Below are positions 48,630-57,807 of a stretch of DNA of 64,000 nt, one piece after another (the stretch's first letter is position 1; the number at the start of each line of letters is the position of its first letter). The translations under genes and the position numbers were made by a program. This DNA comes from Cyanobacteria bacterium auto_48_18 (GTDB lineage Bacteria; Cyanobacteriota; Vampirovibrionia; Obscuribacterales; Obscuribacteraceae): the NCBI GenBank assembly GCA_036170915.1, contig JAVHQC010000029.1:294950-358949 (forward strand), written 5' to 3'. The notes beneath the pieces were generated by a model. That model had not been told where the DNA came from, did not search any database, and worked only from the letters and a program-made list of their open reading frames with translations.

Positions 48630-50067
48630 CGAGAATGTTGTAATCAACTATCGCAGCAAAGTGGCAACATTGATCACATGGTTGTGCGTATTGTCTTCAC
48701 CGGTCTGGCTTATTGTGCCGACCATCTACCTGACCTGTGTAGTTGCCTCGGTGATTATCCATCTGCTTACTCAACCCTCCGTATTCTTTTCGGCTTTTAG
48801 TTACCTCCTGTCAGATCCTTTAAAAGCAATTGGCTTTATAGTCAGCGCGGTGAGCTACATCGGTGCTTTTGCCACAGTTAGCCTGCTTGCCACAGATCGC
48901 AAGCTCATAGCTAACGACACCGGATTGCGATTGCCAATGTTTCTAGCCTTACTAAACGGTCTCAAAAACAATATCGCCTGGTCAAAAGTCGCGAGCATGA
49001 TTGTGGCAGGCAACATTGATGACGCCTACGAAAAATTGCAGTTGCAGATTCACACAGTCGACAACAAAAACTATAATCTCAAACTGGGGGCAATGACTCC
49101 ACAAGATGCAGAAAAATTGCTCTTAGCTGCCGAAATGTGGCTGCCTCAAAATGCCCGCAACCCTTTGCTTGAATCACTTCAACAAAAATTTGCGGTGTTG
49201 GCACTACCAGGCAGAGAACGCAGTCATCGCCAGATGCTTGGTGACGAATTAGATAGTCGCTTTACCGCAGCAGCATTCATACCATTAGAACCAGGCGAGG
49301 TTCTTGATACCGGAAGGCTGGTAGTTATAAGGCAAATTGCTTTTGGCGGATTGTCCGCAGTCTATCTAGTGCAGGAAGACAAACACACTCTGTATGTGCT
49401 CAAAGAATCAGTCATTCCCAGCCAAAGCAAAGACGAGCTAAAGCAAAAAGCTTATGAGCTATTCAGACGTGAAGTTGAGTTGCTCAAACGTCTGGAACAC
49501 CCAAACATAGTGAAAGTGATTAGAGCATTTCGCGAAAATGAACGAGAATATTTGCTTTTACAATATATCGCCGGCGAAACTTTCAGACAAATGGTGCGCG
49601 AAAATGGCCCGCGCCCACAAAGCGAAGTGCTTGCCTGGGCTCACTCTCTAACTGACACGCTCAGCTATTTGCATGGTATGAATCCGCCGATTTTGCATCG
49701 CGATCTCACACCTGAAAATATAATTTTGGCCAGTACTAATGTGCCGATTATTATCGACTTTGGCGTGGCCAACGAATTAATTGCCAATGCCACCGCCACT
49801 CTGGTGGGTAAACACTGCTATATTTCGCCCGAGCAATTTCGCGGGCAGGCACTGGCGCAAAGCGACATTTATTCACTGGGTGGAACACTTCACTATTTGC
49901 TCACCGGCAAAGAACCAGTGCCACTTTCGCAATCGATTCCACGCACCATCGACTCAAACATTTCGGAAAGCTTGAGCCAAGTGGTGGCAGATATGACGGC
50001 GCCCGATCTTTCAACGCGCATTGCTTCAGCCGCTGATTTAAAAGAGCGTTTGAAGATGTGTGTTTGA
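48616..50067 (+). CDS. Membrane Hanks-type Ser/Thr protein kinase (tandem paralogue)
   Basis: GGLSAVY, LKE, HRDLTPEN, DFG and YISPE. Overlaps the upstream stop. Confidence 0.92.
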   Translation: MNLANENVVINYRSKVATLITWLCVLSSPVWLIVPTIYLTCVVASVIIHLLTQPSVFFSAFSYLLSDPLKAIGFIVSAVSYIGAFATVSLLATDRKLIANDTGLRLPMFLALLNGLKNNIAWSKVASMIVAGNIDDAYEKLQLQIHTVDNKNYNLKLGAMTPQDAEKLLLAAEMWLPQNARNPLLESLQQKFAVLALPGRERSHRQMLGDELDSRFTAAAFIPLEPGEVLDTGRLVVIRQIAFGGLSAVYLVQEDKHTLYVLKESVIPSQSKDELKQKAYELFRREVELLKRLEHPNIVKVIRAFRENEREYLLLQYIAGETFRQMVRENGPRPQSEVLAWAHSLTDTLSYLHGMNPPILHRDLTPENIILASTNVPIIIDFGVANELIANATATLVGKHCYISPEQFRGQALAQSDIYSLGGTLHYLLTGKEPVPLSQSIPRTIDSNISESLSQVVADMTAPDLSTRIASAADLKERLKMCV

Positions 50068-50076
50068 ATTTGCAAG

Positions 50077-50295
50077 TTACGCAACTTCTTTGTTGCGGCT
50101 GAACAACTCAACTACGTTGTGAACCGCGCGCTGGATGAAATTTTGCCTTTGCATGCGACGCAGTCTTTTTGTTCTCTTTTTCACAGCAACAACGGGCTCA
50201 ATGCCGTATTGCTCACCCAGGCTAGCCAACCAGGTTTCTTCAGGGGTGTGCCCTGTGAAGCTTGTGGCAACTGTATTGTGGTCTGAAATATGCAT
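50077..50295 (-). CDS. Small hypothetical basic protein
   Basis: 72 aa with a strong AAGGAG SD before ATG. Confidence 0.6.
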   Translation of the reverse strand: MHISDHNTVATSFTGHTPEETWLASLGEQYGIEPVVAVKKRTKRLRRMQRQNFIQRAVHNVVELFSRNKEVA

Positions 50296-50427
50296 GGAAT
50301 GTCTCCTTTTAGGCCCCCTCTCCAGCGTCTTAACTGACTGGTCAGTCTACCTAAAAGTTCCTAAATTTAATAATTTACGAAAAGCCCGGCGACATTGACT
50401 AGACTATCTAGAGTGAGACTGTAAGCG

Positions 50428-51087
50428 ATGCCTGAGGAGACCGTGGTGAAACTTGAAATTTATTCTGACATCGTCTGCCCCTGGTGCTACATCGGCAAAG
50501 CTCGATTAGACAAGGCACTGAAGCAATTAGGCAACACAGTGGATTTTCAGGTGGTTTGGCGGCCATTTGAGCTCAACCCCACCATGCCAGCCGAGGGAAT
50601 GTGCCGCAAAGAATATCGCACCTGTAAATTTGGCAGCTGGGAGCGCTCACAAGAAATGGATAAAGAGATAACAGCTAAAGCTGCCGCCGACGGGCTCAAT
50701 TTTAACCTCGACAAACTAGAGCGCACTCCAAATACATTTAATGCCCACCGCCTCATGTGGTTTGCTGAACCAAAAGGCAAACAAGATGCAGTGGCCGACT
50801 TGCTGTTTAAAAAATATTTTGAAGAAGCTGCCGATATCGGCAGCACTGATGTATTAGTCGAAATTGGCGTTGAGGCCGGCCTCGACAAAAAAGAAGTAAC
50901 CGCATTTTTGGCATCGGAAGCAGGCACTAATGAAGTAAAGGCAGAAGAGCAAGTTGGAATTCGCCTCGGAATTAGCGGGGTGCCCGCTTTTGTTATCGAG
51001 GGCGACGTTATTGCCTCTGGTGCCCAATCTCCAGACCAGTTCGCTGAAACTTTGAAGCGTGTATACATGGCCTATCAACAAGTCTAA
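50428..51087 (+). CDS. DsbA family oxidoreductase (FrnE-like)
   Basis: YSDIVCPWCYIG, WRPFELNP, PNTFNAHRL, GVP and SGAQ motifs. Confidence 0.93.
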   Translation: MPEETVVKLEIYSDIVCPWCYIGKARLDKALKQLGNTVDFQVVWRPFELNPTMPAEGMCRKEYRTCKFGSWERSQEMDKEITAKAAADGLNFNLDKLERTPNTFNAHRLMWFAEPKGKQDAVADLLFKKYFEEAADIGSTDVLVEIGVEAGLDKKEVTAFLASEAGTNEVKAEEQVGIRLGISGVPAFVIEGDVIASGAQSPDQFAETLKRVYMAYQQV

Positions 51088-51131
51088 ATACGGTAAACTA
51101 GGGCCTCGTTCATAAATTTTCGCGAGGGCCA

Positions 51132-51860
51132 ATGCGTACTGAGACTGTGGAATATACCGATGGCGACACCACCTGTAAGGGTTACGTAGCCTATGCTCAA
51201 CCAGATGATGAAAAGCGCCCTTGCGTGCTCATAAGCCATGCGTGGGGTGGACAAGACGACTTTGTCCGTGAAAAGGCCGGCAAATTAGCCGAGCTAGGCT
51301 ACACGGCTTTTGTCCTGGACAACTATGGCCATGGCCGCACTGGGGCCTCCATGGACGAAAACGGCAAATTAATGCAGCCCTTTATGGACGACCGGGCCAT
51401 GTTGCGCAAACGATTGTTAGCCGGACACATGGCGGCTCAGGCGCATCCTGCCGTCGATGGCGATCGCATAGCGATTATCGGTTATTGTTTCGGCGGCCTC
51501 TGTGCCCTTGATCTTGCCCGCGCCGTTCCAGCCGGGCTGCAAGGAGCTGTCAGCTTCCACGGCCTGTTTCATCCACCAAACCTGGGCGCACAAGCAGAAA
51601 TCTCAGCAAAAATATTGATTTTGCACGGCTTCGATGATCCAATGGCACCACCTGCAGAGGCACTAAGTATTGCCAAAGAGCTGACAGATGCCAAAGCAGA
51701 TTGGCAGCTGCACGCATATGGCCACACCGGCCATGCCTTCACTAACCCAGCGATGAACATGCCGGAAAACGGTCTGATGTTCAACGCAGCAGCCGATAAA
51801 CGCTCGTGGCAATCGATGAAAGATTTTCTCAGCGAAGCCCTGGCGGTGGACTTACCCTAG
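51132..51860 (+). CDS. Dienelactone hydrolase family protein
   Basis: GYCFGG, VSFHG, HGFDDP and HAFTNP motifs. Confidence 0.93.
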   Translation: MRTETVEYTDGDTTCKGYVAYAQPDDEKRPCVLISHAWGGQDDFVREKAGKLAELGYTAFVLDNYGHGRTGASMDENGKLMQPFMDDRAMLRKRLLAGHMAAQAHPAVDGDRIAIIGYCFGGLCALDLARAVPAGLQGAVSFHGLFHPPNLGAQAEISAKILILHGFDDPMAPPAEALSIAKELTDAKADWQLHAYGHTGHAFTNPAMNMPENGLMFNAAADKRSWQSMKDFLSEALAVDLP

Positions 51861-51864
51861 TTAG

Positions 51865-52197
51865 TTGAAAACGACCTACAAGCTCTTTGGCATTTTGCCT
51901 ACGCTGCTATTTTTAACAGCGTTTGCTGCTGCTATAGCATACAAGCTTGGCTATTACGTCTGGCCGGCCCTGTTAGGGGCAACAGTAATAATTTGCGCGC
52001 TGTGCCTTGTTCAAATTATTGCTTATCACTCAAGGTCAGTAATATTGATGGACCCGAATTTTAAGACAAGCGATCTTGAATACAAATCAAAATTTGAATT
52101 GAAAAAATTAGAGCAGCACGCGCATATGATTGGAGCAAGCGATAAGGCCGCAGTCATAGCTGAATATGCAGCAACCAGGGTGCGAATCGAAGATTAA
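51865..52197 (+). CDS. Hypothetical 2-TM protein
   Basis: Two hydrophobic helices, 4 nt after the upstream gene. Confidence 0.55.
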   Translation: MKTTYKLFGILPTLLFLTAFAAAIAYKLGYYVWPALLGATVIICALCLVQIIAYHSRSVILMDPNFKTSDLEYKSKFELKKLEQHAHMIGASDKAAVIAEYAATRVRIED

Positions 52198-52216
52198 ACG
52201 CGATGTCAATCTCCTA

Positions 52217-52246
52217 TGAAAACTAAAGCGTGCACGGTTAAGTTTT
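52217..52246. repeat. Intergenic imperfect palindrome, copy 2 (REP-like)
   Basis: TGAAAACTAAAGCGTGCACGGTTAAGTTTT between convergent genes, matches 2784-2813. Confidence 0.75.
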
Positions 52247-52303
52247 AAACTGACACAGCCAACCGACTAGCTCTCAGCAAAAAAAACCTGCGCAGTCTTT
52301 TTC

Positions 52304-53251
52304 CTAACGACTAGTACCACTCTGATAACGCAAATTATTCTTTGCCACCACAATACGCAAATTTCGCACCACTTCGGCCAATTTTTTATTGTCAGGATAG
52401 ACCATTGCCAGACGCTCAAAAGTAGACAGATAAATTGCCAGCGCATATTGATCATCTGGTGCTTTCTCTAAACGCCGTTCGAGCAAAGGAATTGCTTGAT
52501 CGTATTGCCCTTGATCAACTAACTTAAGTGCATAGGCGGTGAAATAGATACCACTACTATCAAAAGGTATAGTTTTAGCATACTGAAAAAGTCCAACGAT
52601 TGAGCCCATCACCAGTAACGTTCCAATAATTGGATGCTTAGAAAATTGATGAGTAGGATTCGGCAAGTAAAAACTGCCGAGAATAAAACCGGTAATCAAA
52701 CCGCCCACGTGGCAGAAATTGTCGAAATGAAAAGCAATCCCCATAACAATATTGAGCGCCAGAAAAGCGGTAGCCGACTTTGTGCCAGCTAAGAAAGCCT
52801 CTTTTCCCATGGCTTTGCGATTGGCAAAAAAGTAAGCAAACAAAGCACCATAGATGCCAAAAATAGCTCCCGAAGCCCCGGCAGATGTCACCCCAGGGTT
52901 AAAGAGCATGCTGCAACATGAGCCACCTAAGCCAGACAGCAGGTATAGGTTAAGCATTCGCGGCGTGCCGAAAACACCTTCAGTAGACTCGCCAAGATTC
53001 CACAGTGCGGCCATGTTAAAAGCAATATGCACAAAGCCAATGTGCAAAAACATAGACGAAAACAATCGCCACCACTCACCGTTCAAAGAAAGTGGGCCAA
53101 AATTGGCACCCCAATCTTGCAGCATCTGCGTAGTGGGAGTTGTGGCAGCCTTGCCACCAGAGACAATTACCATGGCTACAAAGATAATTATATTGATGGC
53201 CACAATTATCTTGGTTGCCGGAAACTTCGCAGCGGGCCGTTCTTCGTTCAT
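52304..53251 (-). CDS. Rhomboid intramembrane serine protease with C-terminal TPR
   Basis: WWRLFSSMFLH, HIAFNM, GASGAIFG and HVGG motifs, plus TPR tail. Confidence 0.93.
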   Translation of the reverse strand: MNEERPAAKFPATKIIVAINIIIFVAMVIVSGGKAATTPTTQMLQDWGANFGPLSLNGEWWRLFSSMFLHIGFVHIAFNMAALWNLGESTEGVFGTPRMLNLYLLSGLGGSCCSMLFNPGVTSAGASGAIFGIYGALFAYFFANRKAMGKEAFLAGTKSATAFLALNIVMGIAFHFDNFCHVGGLITGFILGSFYLPNPTHQFSKHPIIGTLLVMGSIVGLFQYAKTIPFDSSGIYFTAYALKLVDQGQYDQAIPLLERRLEKAPDDQYALAIYLSTFERLAMVYPDNKKLAEVVRNLRIVVAKNNLRYQSGTSR

Positions 53252-54783
53252 AATGCCGGCACGGCTTCACTGCCCACGCCATACTGAGCCAGCAGGGGCG
53301 TCAGCTTAGCTTCAATGAGCTTTTTGGCCAGCACCAGATCGACCTGATCTGGCTTTTCAATACCAGCACACAGTTCAGCCAAAATTTCATCGTTAACGAT
53401 GCCGGCTTCCAGAGCCAGCTTATAAGGATGATTGCTGAACGTCACCAGCGAATAGCGCGACCGGTAGGCACCGGCAAACTCTTTCTCTAAAACTTTCTCT
53501 ACACCCTTGCCGAGCAAGAATTTAGGGTCGCCGACCTTGTCTCTCATTTCTATAAAGTTCTCTACTGCCATATCTGCAATTGCATCACAGTTTGGCTTGC
53601 GGCGCTTGACCAGCTCGTCAAAAATCATCTGCCAGTTAAAAACACCATCTCTTGAACGGCGGCGTTTATTCTCATTGTCGTCTTTACTGGCAGGGGTGCC
53701 ACGATGATCAATATAGAGGCTGCCACCACGCGCGATGTGCTCATCGATACACTCTTCAAGAATACTCAAATCTTCAAATCCGCAATTGGCACCCTGGCCA
53801 AAGAAAGGCACAATGGCGTGGGCCGCGTCACCCAAAAGCAGAGCGCGACCGTCTACGTTCCACGGATGGCACTTGACCGTATCCATATGCCCTGTAGGAT
53901 TAGCAAAGAAATTGTCCACAAGATTCGGAATCAAAGGCACGGCGTCGCCAAACTCTTGATTGAAAAATTGCGAAACTTCTTCTCTGGTGGTTAGCTTTTC
54001 GAAACTAACGTCGCCGGTGAAAGGCAGAAAAAGCGTACAAGTGTAGCTGCCATCGTAGTTAGGCAAAGCAATGAGCATATAGGCGCCCCGTGGCCAAATA
54101 TGCAGAGCATTTTTCTCCATCTTGAAGCCGCCGCCATCTTGAGCAGGTATAACCAGCTCTTTGTAGCCGTAGTCTAAACGCGCTTCAGTGCTTTTGTAAC
54201 CGTAACCACTGGTAATATCATCGCGAATTTTCGACGCAGATCCATCTGTACCGATAACAATATCTGCCTCTACCTTGTAGCTGTGATGTGGCTCACTGAG
54301 CTCATCGACGAAGGACACATGATTGTGCTCAACATCTAAACCCATTGCTTTTTGTTCAAAGAAAAAGCGCACCGCTCCTGTTGCTTCGGCTTTGGTCATC
54401 AGCAACTTATTCAGACTGCCTCGCGAAATTGAATTGATAAATTCATCATCGCTTTTTCCATAAGCCTGATAGGTAAGCTCACCGGTCTTTGAATGCATCA
54501 TGCGGCCGCGCATGGGCACGGCCTGTGCAAGAATTTCATTATCAAGCCCAGCTTGATGCAGCGCTTTTAAACCACGAGTAGAAATAGCTAAGTTAATTGA
54601 ACGACCGGCCGAAATTTGTTCTTTGCGCATGTCAGGTCGACGCTCGTAGACATCAATTTTGAAACCGCGTTTAGCAAGAAAAATGGCAAGCAGTGAACCT
54701 ACCAGCCCTGCGCCAATCACCGCTATTTCAGAGCGTTTGAGATCTTCATCGGCGTTTGGGGTTGACTTAATATCTTGAGCCAT
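53248..54783 (-). CDS. kmo: Kynurenine 3-monooxygenase
   Basis: GAGLVG, GRSINLAIS.RG, NALHIWPRG, GDAAHAIVPFFGQG.NCGFED and ENFIEMRD motifs. Confidence 0.95.
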   Translation of the reverse strand: MAQDIKSTPNADEDLKRSEIAVIGAGLVGSLLAIFLAKRGFKIDVYERRPDMRKEQISAGRSINLAISTRGLKALHQAGLDNEILAQAVPMRGRMMHSKTGELTYQAYGKSDDEFINSISRGSLNKLLMTKAEATGAVRFFFEQKAMGLDVEHNHVSFVDELSEPHHSYKVEADIVIGTDGSASKIRDDITSGYGYKSTEARLDYGYKELVIPAQDGGGFKMEKNALHIWPRGAYMLIALPNYDGSYTCTLFLPFTGDVSFEKLTTREEVSQFFNQEFGDAVPLIPNLVDNFFANPTGHMDTVKCHPWNVDGRALLLGDAAHAIVPFFGQGANCGFEDLSILEECIDEHIARGGSLYIDHRGTPASKDDNENKRRRSRDGVFNWQMIFDELVKRRKPNCDAIADMAVENFIEMRDKVGDPKFLLGKGVEKVLEKEFAGAYRSRYSLVTFSNHPYKLALEAGIVNDEILAELCAGIEKPDQVDLVLAKKLIEAKLTPLLAQYGVGSEAVPAL

Positions 54784-54802
54784 TTATCTATCCTCTTATG
54801 AG

Positions 54803-56101
54803 TTATTTCTGCTCGCCGGAAAATCGCCGCACCACTTCATAAAAGCGGTAGACATCTTCAAAAGTGTTGTACATAGCAATGGGTGTAGCGCGAATGATAT
54901 CTGGTTCGCGAAAATCGCAAACCACTCCCTCTTGCTTAAACCGCTCTAAAAGCTCTTTGCCATCACCTTTAAACCTGATGCTCAGCTGACTGCCGCGCTG
55001 CTTAGAATCTGGCGGTGTAATTATTGAACAAAATCCAGCATCCAACGAGTTAAGCAGATACTCCATAAATCCGGTTAGTTTGACGCTGCGCGCGCGGAGC
55101 TTGGGCATGGTCGCTTGATCAAATAATTCCAGTGAAGCCCTGAGAGCTGCCAACTGAAAAATCGGTGGGTTGGAAAGTTGCCAACCTTCCGCTCCGGCCA
55201 TAGGATCAAACACTGAAGCCATTTTGAAGCGATCTTGTTTATTGTGGCCCCACCAACCGGCAAATCGCGGCAAGTCAAAAGCGCGGGCGTGCTTTTCATG
55301 CACAAAGCATCCTGACAAACCACCAGGACCAGAATTCAAATATTTGTAAGTACACCAGACAGCAAAATCAACTTGCCAGTCATGCAAACTGAGCTCGAGA
55401 TTTCCCGCACCGTGAGCTAGATTGAGACCAAAGGTAGCGCCTTGCTTGTGGGCTTCTGCGGCAATTTTGTCTACTTCAAAGGCCTGGCCTGTTAGATAAT
55501 TTACGTCACCAAGCATTACCAGGGCTACTTCAGATCCGCGCTCTTGCAGCAAGGCAATTATGTCGTCAGTGGCAAGAGTATCGCAGCCTTCTTTAGGGGT
55601 TAGCTCAATGATCGCGTCGGCGCCATAACCGTGAAAATTGGCTTGCGAAGCCACTGCATATTGATCAGAAGGAAAAGCATTCTTCTCAATCACTATTTTG
55701 TAGCGCTCGCGCGTAGGCCGATAAAATGACACCATCATCAGATGCAAATTAACGGTGAGCGTGTTCATCACCACCACTTCGCTCGGCAATGCACCCACCA
55801 GGCGCGCACTACTTGCGGTGACAAATTCATGATAAGGCAACCAGGGGTGCCGCGCATGAAGATGGCCTTCTACTCCGAGCTTAGCCCAGTCATCAAGCTC
55901 AGCTTGAATATAATCGCGTGTACGGCGAGGCTGCAGTCCAAGTGAATTTCCTGCCAGATAAACACACGATTGTCCACTGGCCGCGCTTAAATCATCCGGC
56001 AAAATAAATTGCTTACGCAATTCGGCCCATTCACCATCAACATCTAAAGAGCGAGCGAACTCCAGAGAATTTTCAAATTGCGTCTTTGCACACTGATTCA
56101 T
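54803..56101 (-). CDS. kynU: Kynureninase
   Basis: GNSLGLQP, MNTLTVNLHL, AFPSDQY, WCTYKYLNSGPG, GWWGH and QLSNPP motifs. Confidence 0.96.
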   Translation of the reverse strand: MNQCAKTQFENSLEFARSLDVDGEWAELRKQFILPDDLSAASGQSCVYLAGNSLGLQPRRTRDYIQAELDDWAKLGVEGHLHARHPWLPYHEFVTASSARLVGALPSEVVVMNTLTVNLHLMMVSFYRPTRERYKIVIEKNAFPSDQYAVASQANFHGYGADAIIELTPKEGCDTLATDDIIALLQERGSEVALVMLGDVNYLTGQAFEVDKIAAEAHKQGATFGLNLAHGAGNLELSLHDWQVDFAVWCTYKYLNSGPGGLSGCFVHEKHARAFDLPRFAGWWGHNKQDRFKMASVFDPMAGAEGWQLSNPPIFQLAALRASLELFDQATMPKLRARSVKLTGFMEYLLNSLDAGFCSIITPPDSKQRGSQLSIRFKGDGKELLERFKQEGVVCDFREPDIIRATPIAMYNTFEDVYRFYEVVRRFSGEQK

Positions 56102-56104
56102 CAA

Positions 56105-57154
56105 TTATCCCTGTGTTCCTATTTTTTGACTGAGGCCACCTTTTGCACCAATACTGCTCATGCCCAGCCATTCTAAGGCCGTGCCGCTCAGCAATCTTTC
56201 TTTCACTTCAACGCTTACATCTGTAAGCGATTCGATCATTTTTCCAGGTTCGGCTTCCATTAGAGGGAACGGATAATCGGTGCCCAGCGCAATGCATTTT
56301 TCGCCAAACAAATTTAAAATGAAGCGTAAAACATTGGCATCATGCACCAGGGCATCTACATAAAACTTGCCAACGTACTCAGTGGGGCAATGGGCATTAT
56401 CAACAGCGCAAAGATCCTGCCTGGAAGCAAATCCATGAGCAATACGGCCCAAAGTCATGGGGAAGGCACCGCCACCATGGGCGAAGGCAACACGCAAATT
56501 GGGCAAGCGCTCAAAGACACCACCAAAGATCATTGAGCAAATTGCCAGCGATACTTCAGCGGGCATTCCCACCAGCCAGGGCAACATATATTTCGGCATG
56601 CGGCTTTCGCCCATCATGTCCCAGGGGTGAACGAATATTGCTGCACCAAGTTCGCTTGCCGCTTCGAACACCGGAAAGAGCCGCTCTTCGCAGAGATTCC
56701 AATCGTTGACGTGAGAGCCGATTTGCACACCGCGCAAACCCAGCTCTTTAACGCAGCGGGTCATTTCTTTAATTGCCAAATCAGGGTCTTGCATAGGAAT
56801 TGTGCCCAGACCAGCAAAACGATCCGGCCGGCCGCGCACCACTTCGGCGATATGATCATTTAAGTGCGCTGACAAATCGAGGCCGTCTTTTGGTTGCGCC
56901 CAATAACTGAACATCACGGGCACCGTAGATAGTACCTGCAAGTCTACGCCTGCGCCATCGCATTCGCGAATGCGAACGGAAGGATCCCAGCAATTTTCTT
57001 CAATTTCACGGAAAAATTTACCGTCATCACGCACCATTCGCGCGCAACAAGGCTTGTGGTGCTCGAGTTCGATAAATCCACCATAGCCATACTTGTCTTT
57101 GAACTTAGGCAGCTCTTTTGGAAGAATGTGGGTGTGAATATCAATCTTTTTCAT
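56105..57154 (-). CDS. nbaD: 2-amino-3-carboxymuconate-6-semialdehyde decarboxylase (ACMSD)
   Basis: IDIHTHILP, LSTVPVMFSYW, FVHPWDM, WLVGMPAE, AHGGG and GTDYPFPL motifs. Confidence 0.95.
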   Translation of the reverse strand: MKKIDIHTHILPKELPKFKDKYGYGGFIELEHHKPCCARMVRDDGKFFREIEENCWDPSVRIRECDGAGVDLQVLSTVPVMFSYWAQPKDGLDLSAHLNDHIAEVVRGRPDRFAGLGTIPMQDPDLAIKEMTRCVKELGLRGVQIGSHVNDWNLCEERLFPVFEAASELGAAIFVHPWDMMGESRMPKYMLPWLVGMPAEVSLAICSMIFGGVFERLPNLRVAFAHGGGAFPMTLGRIAHGFASRQDLCAVDNAHCPTEYVGKFYVDALVHDANVLRFILNLFGEKCIALGTDYPFPLMEAEPGKMIESLTDVSVEVKERLLSGTALEWLGMSSIGAKGGLSQKIGTQG

Positions 57155-57683
57155 TGTGGCTGGCAACCTTTGCTTCGGGCCTCAAAACCTTTGTGCCGCA
57201 ATTCTTGCAAGTAGTGTTACTGCCGGCATAAAAGCGCTCGAAAATGGGCGGAAACTGCGTGGCAATATTGGTTAGCTGAAAATGTTCCTCATAGAGTTTT
57301 TCGCCGCAGCTTTCACAAAACCAGATGAAACCGTCTTCTTCACCAGGCTGACGCTTTTGCTCAATCACCAGGCCAATGGTGTTGGCTGGCCGGCGCGGCG
57401 AATGCGGCACACTGGCGGGCAAGAGAAAAATCTCTCCCTCTTTGATTGTTATCGATTGATGTTCGCCTTGGTCAAAAACTTTGAGGGTAATGTCGCCTTC
57501 CACCTGATAGAAAAATTCTTCGCCACCGTTGACATGAAAATCAGTGCGTGAATTCGGCCCGCCAACAACCATGACAATGACGTCGCGGTCTTCCCAGATT
57601 ACTTTGTTGCCCACCGGCGGCTTGAGCAGGTGCCGATTTTCGTTAATCCAGCCCATGAAATTAATTGGCGAAAGACGACCCAC
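57141..57683 (-). CDS. nbaC: 3-hydroxyanthranilate 3,4-dioxygenase
   Basis: LKPPVGNK, VGGPNSRTDFH, EEFFYQ, PHSPRR and rubredoxin CxxC..CxxC. GGAGG SD before GTG 57683. Confidence 0.96.
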   Translation of the reverse strand: MGRLSPINFMGWINENRHLLKPPVGNKVIWEDRDVIVMVVGGPNSRTDFHVNGGEEFFYQVEGDITLKVFDQGEHQSITIKEGEIFLLPASVPHSPRRPANTIGLVIEQKRQPGEEDGFIWFCESCGEKLYEEHFQLTNIATQFPPIFERFYAGSNTTCKNCGTKVLRPEAKVASHNEKD

Positions 57684-57807
57684 AAAAACCTCCACTATTT
57701 GGCAAGCCTGATTGAGCTCGCAAATAGTCTACAAAGCCCAAGAGCAGTCTGGCATATAAATCAGATAAGCTTTATATCTAAATCTCTCTATTCACTGTTC
57801 ACGGCAT

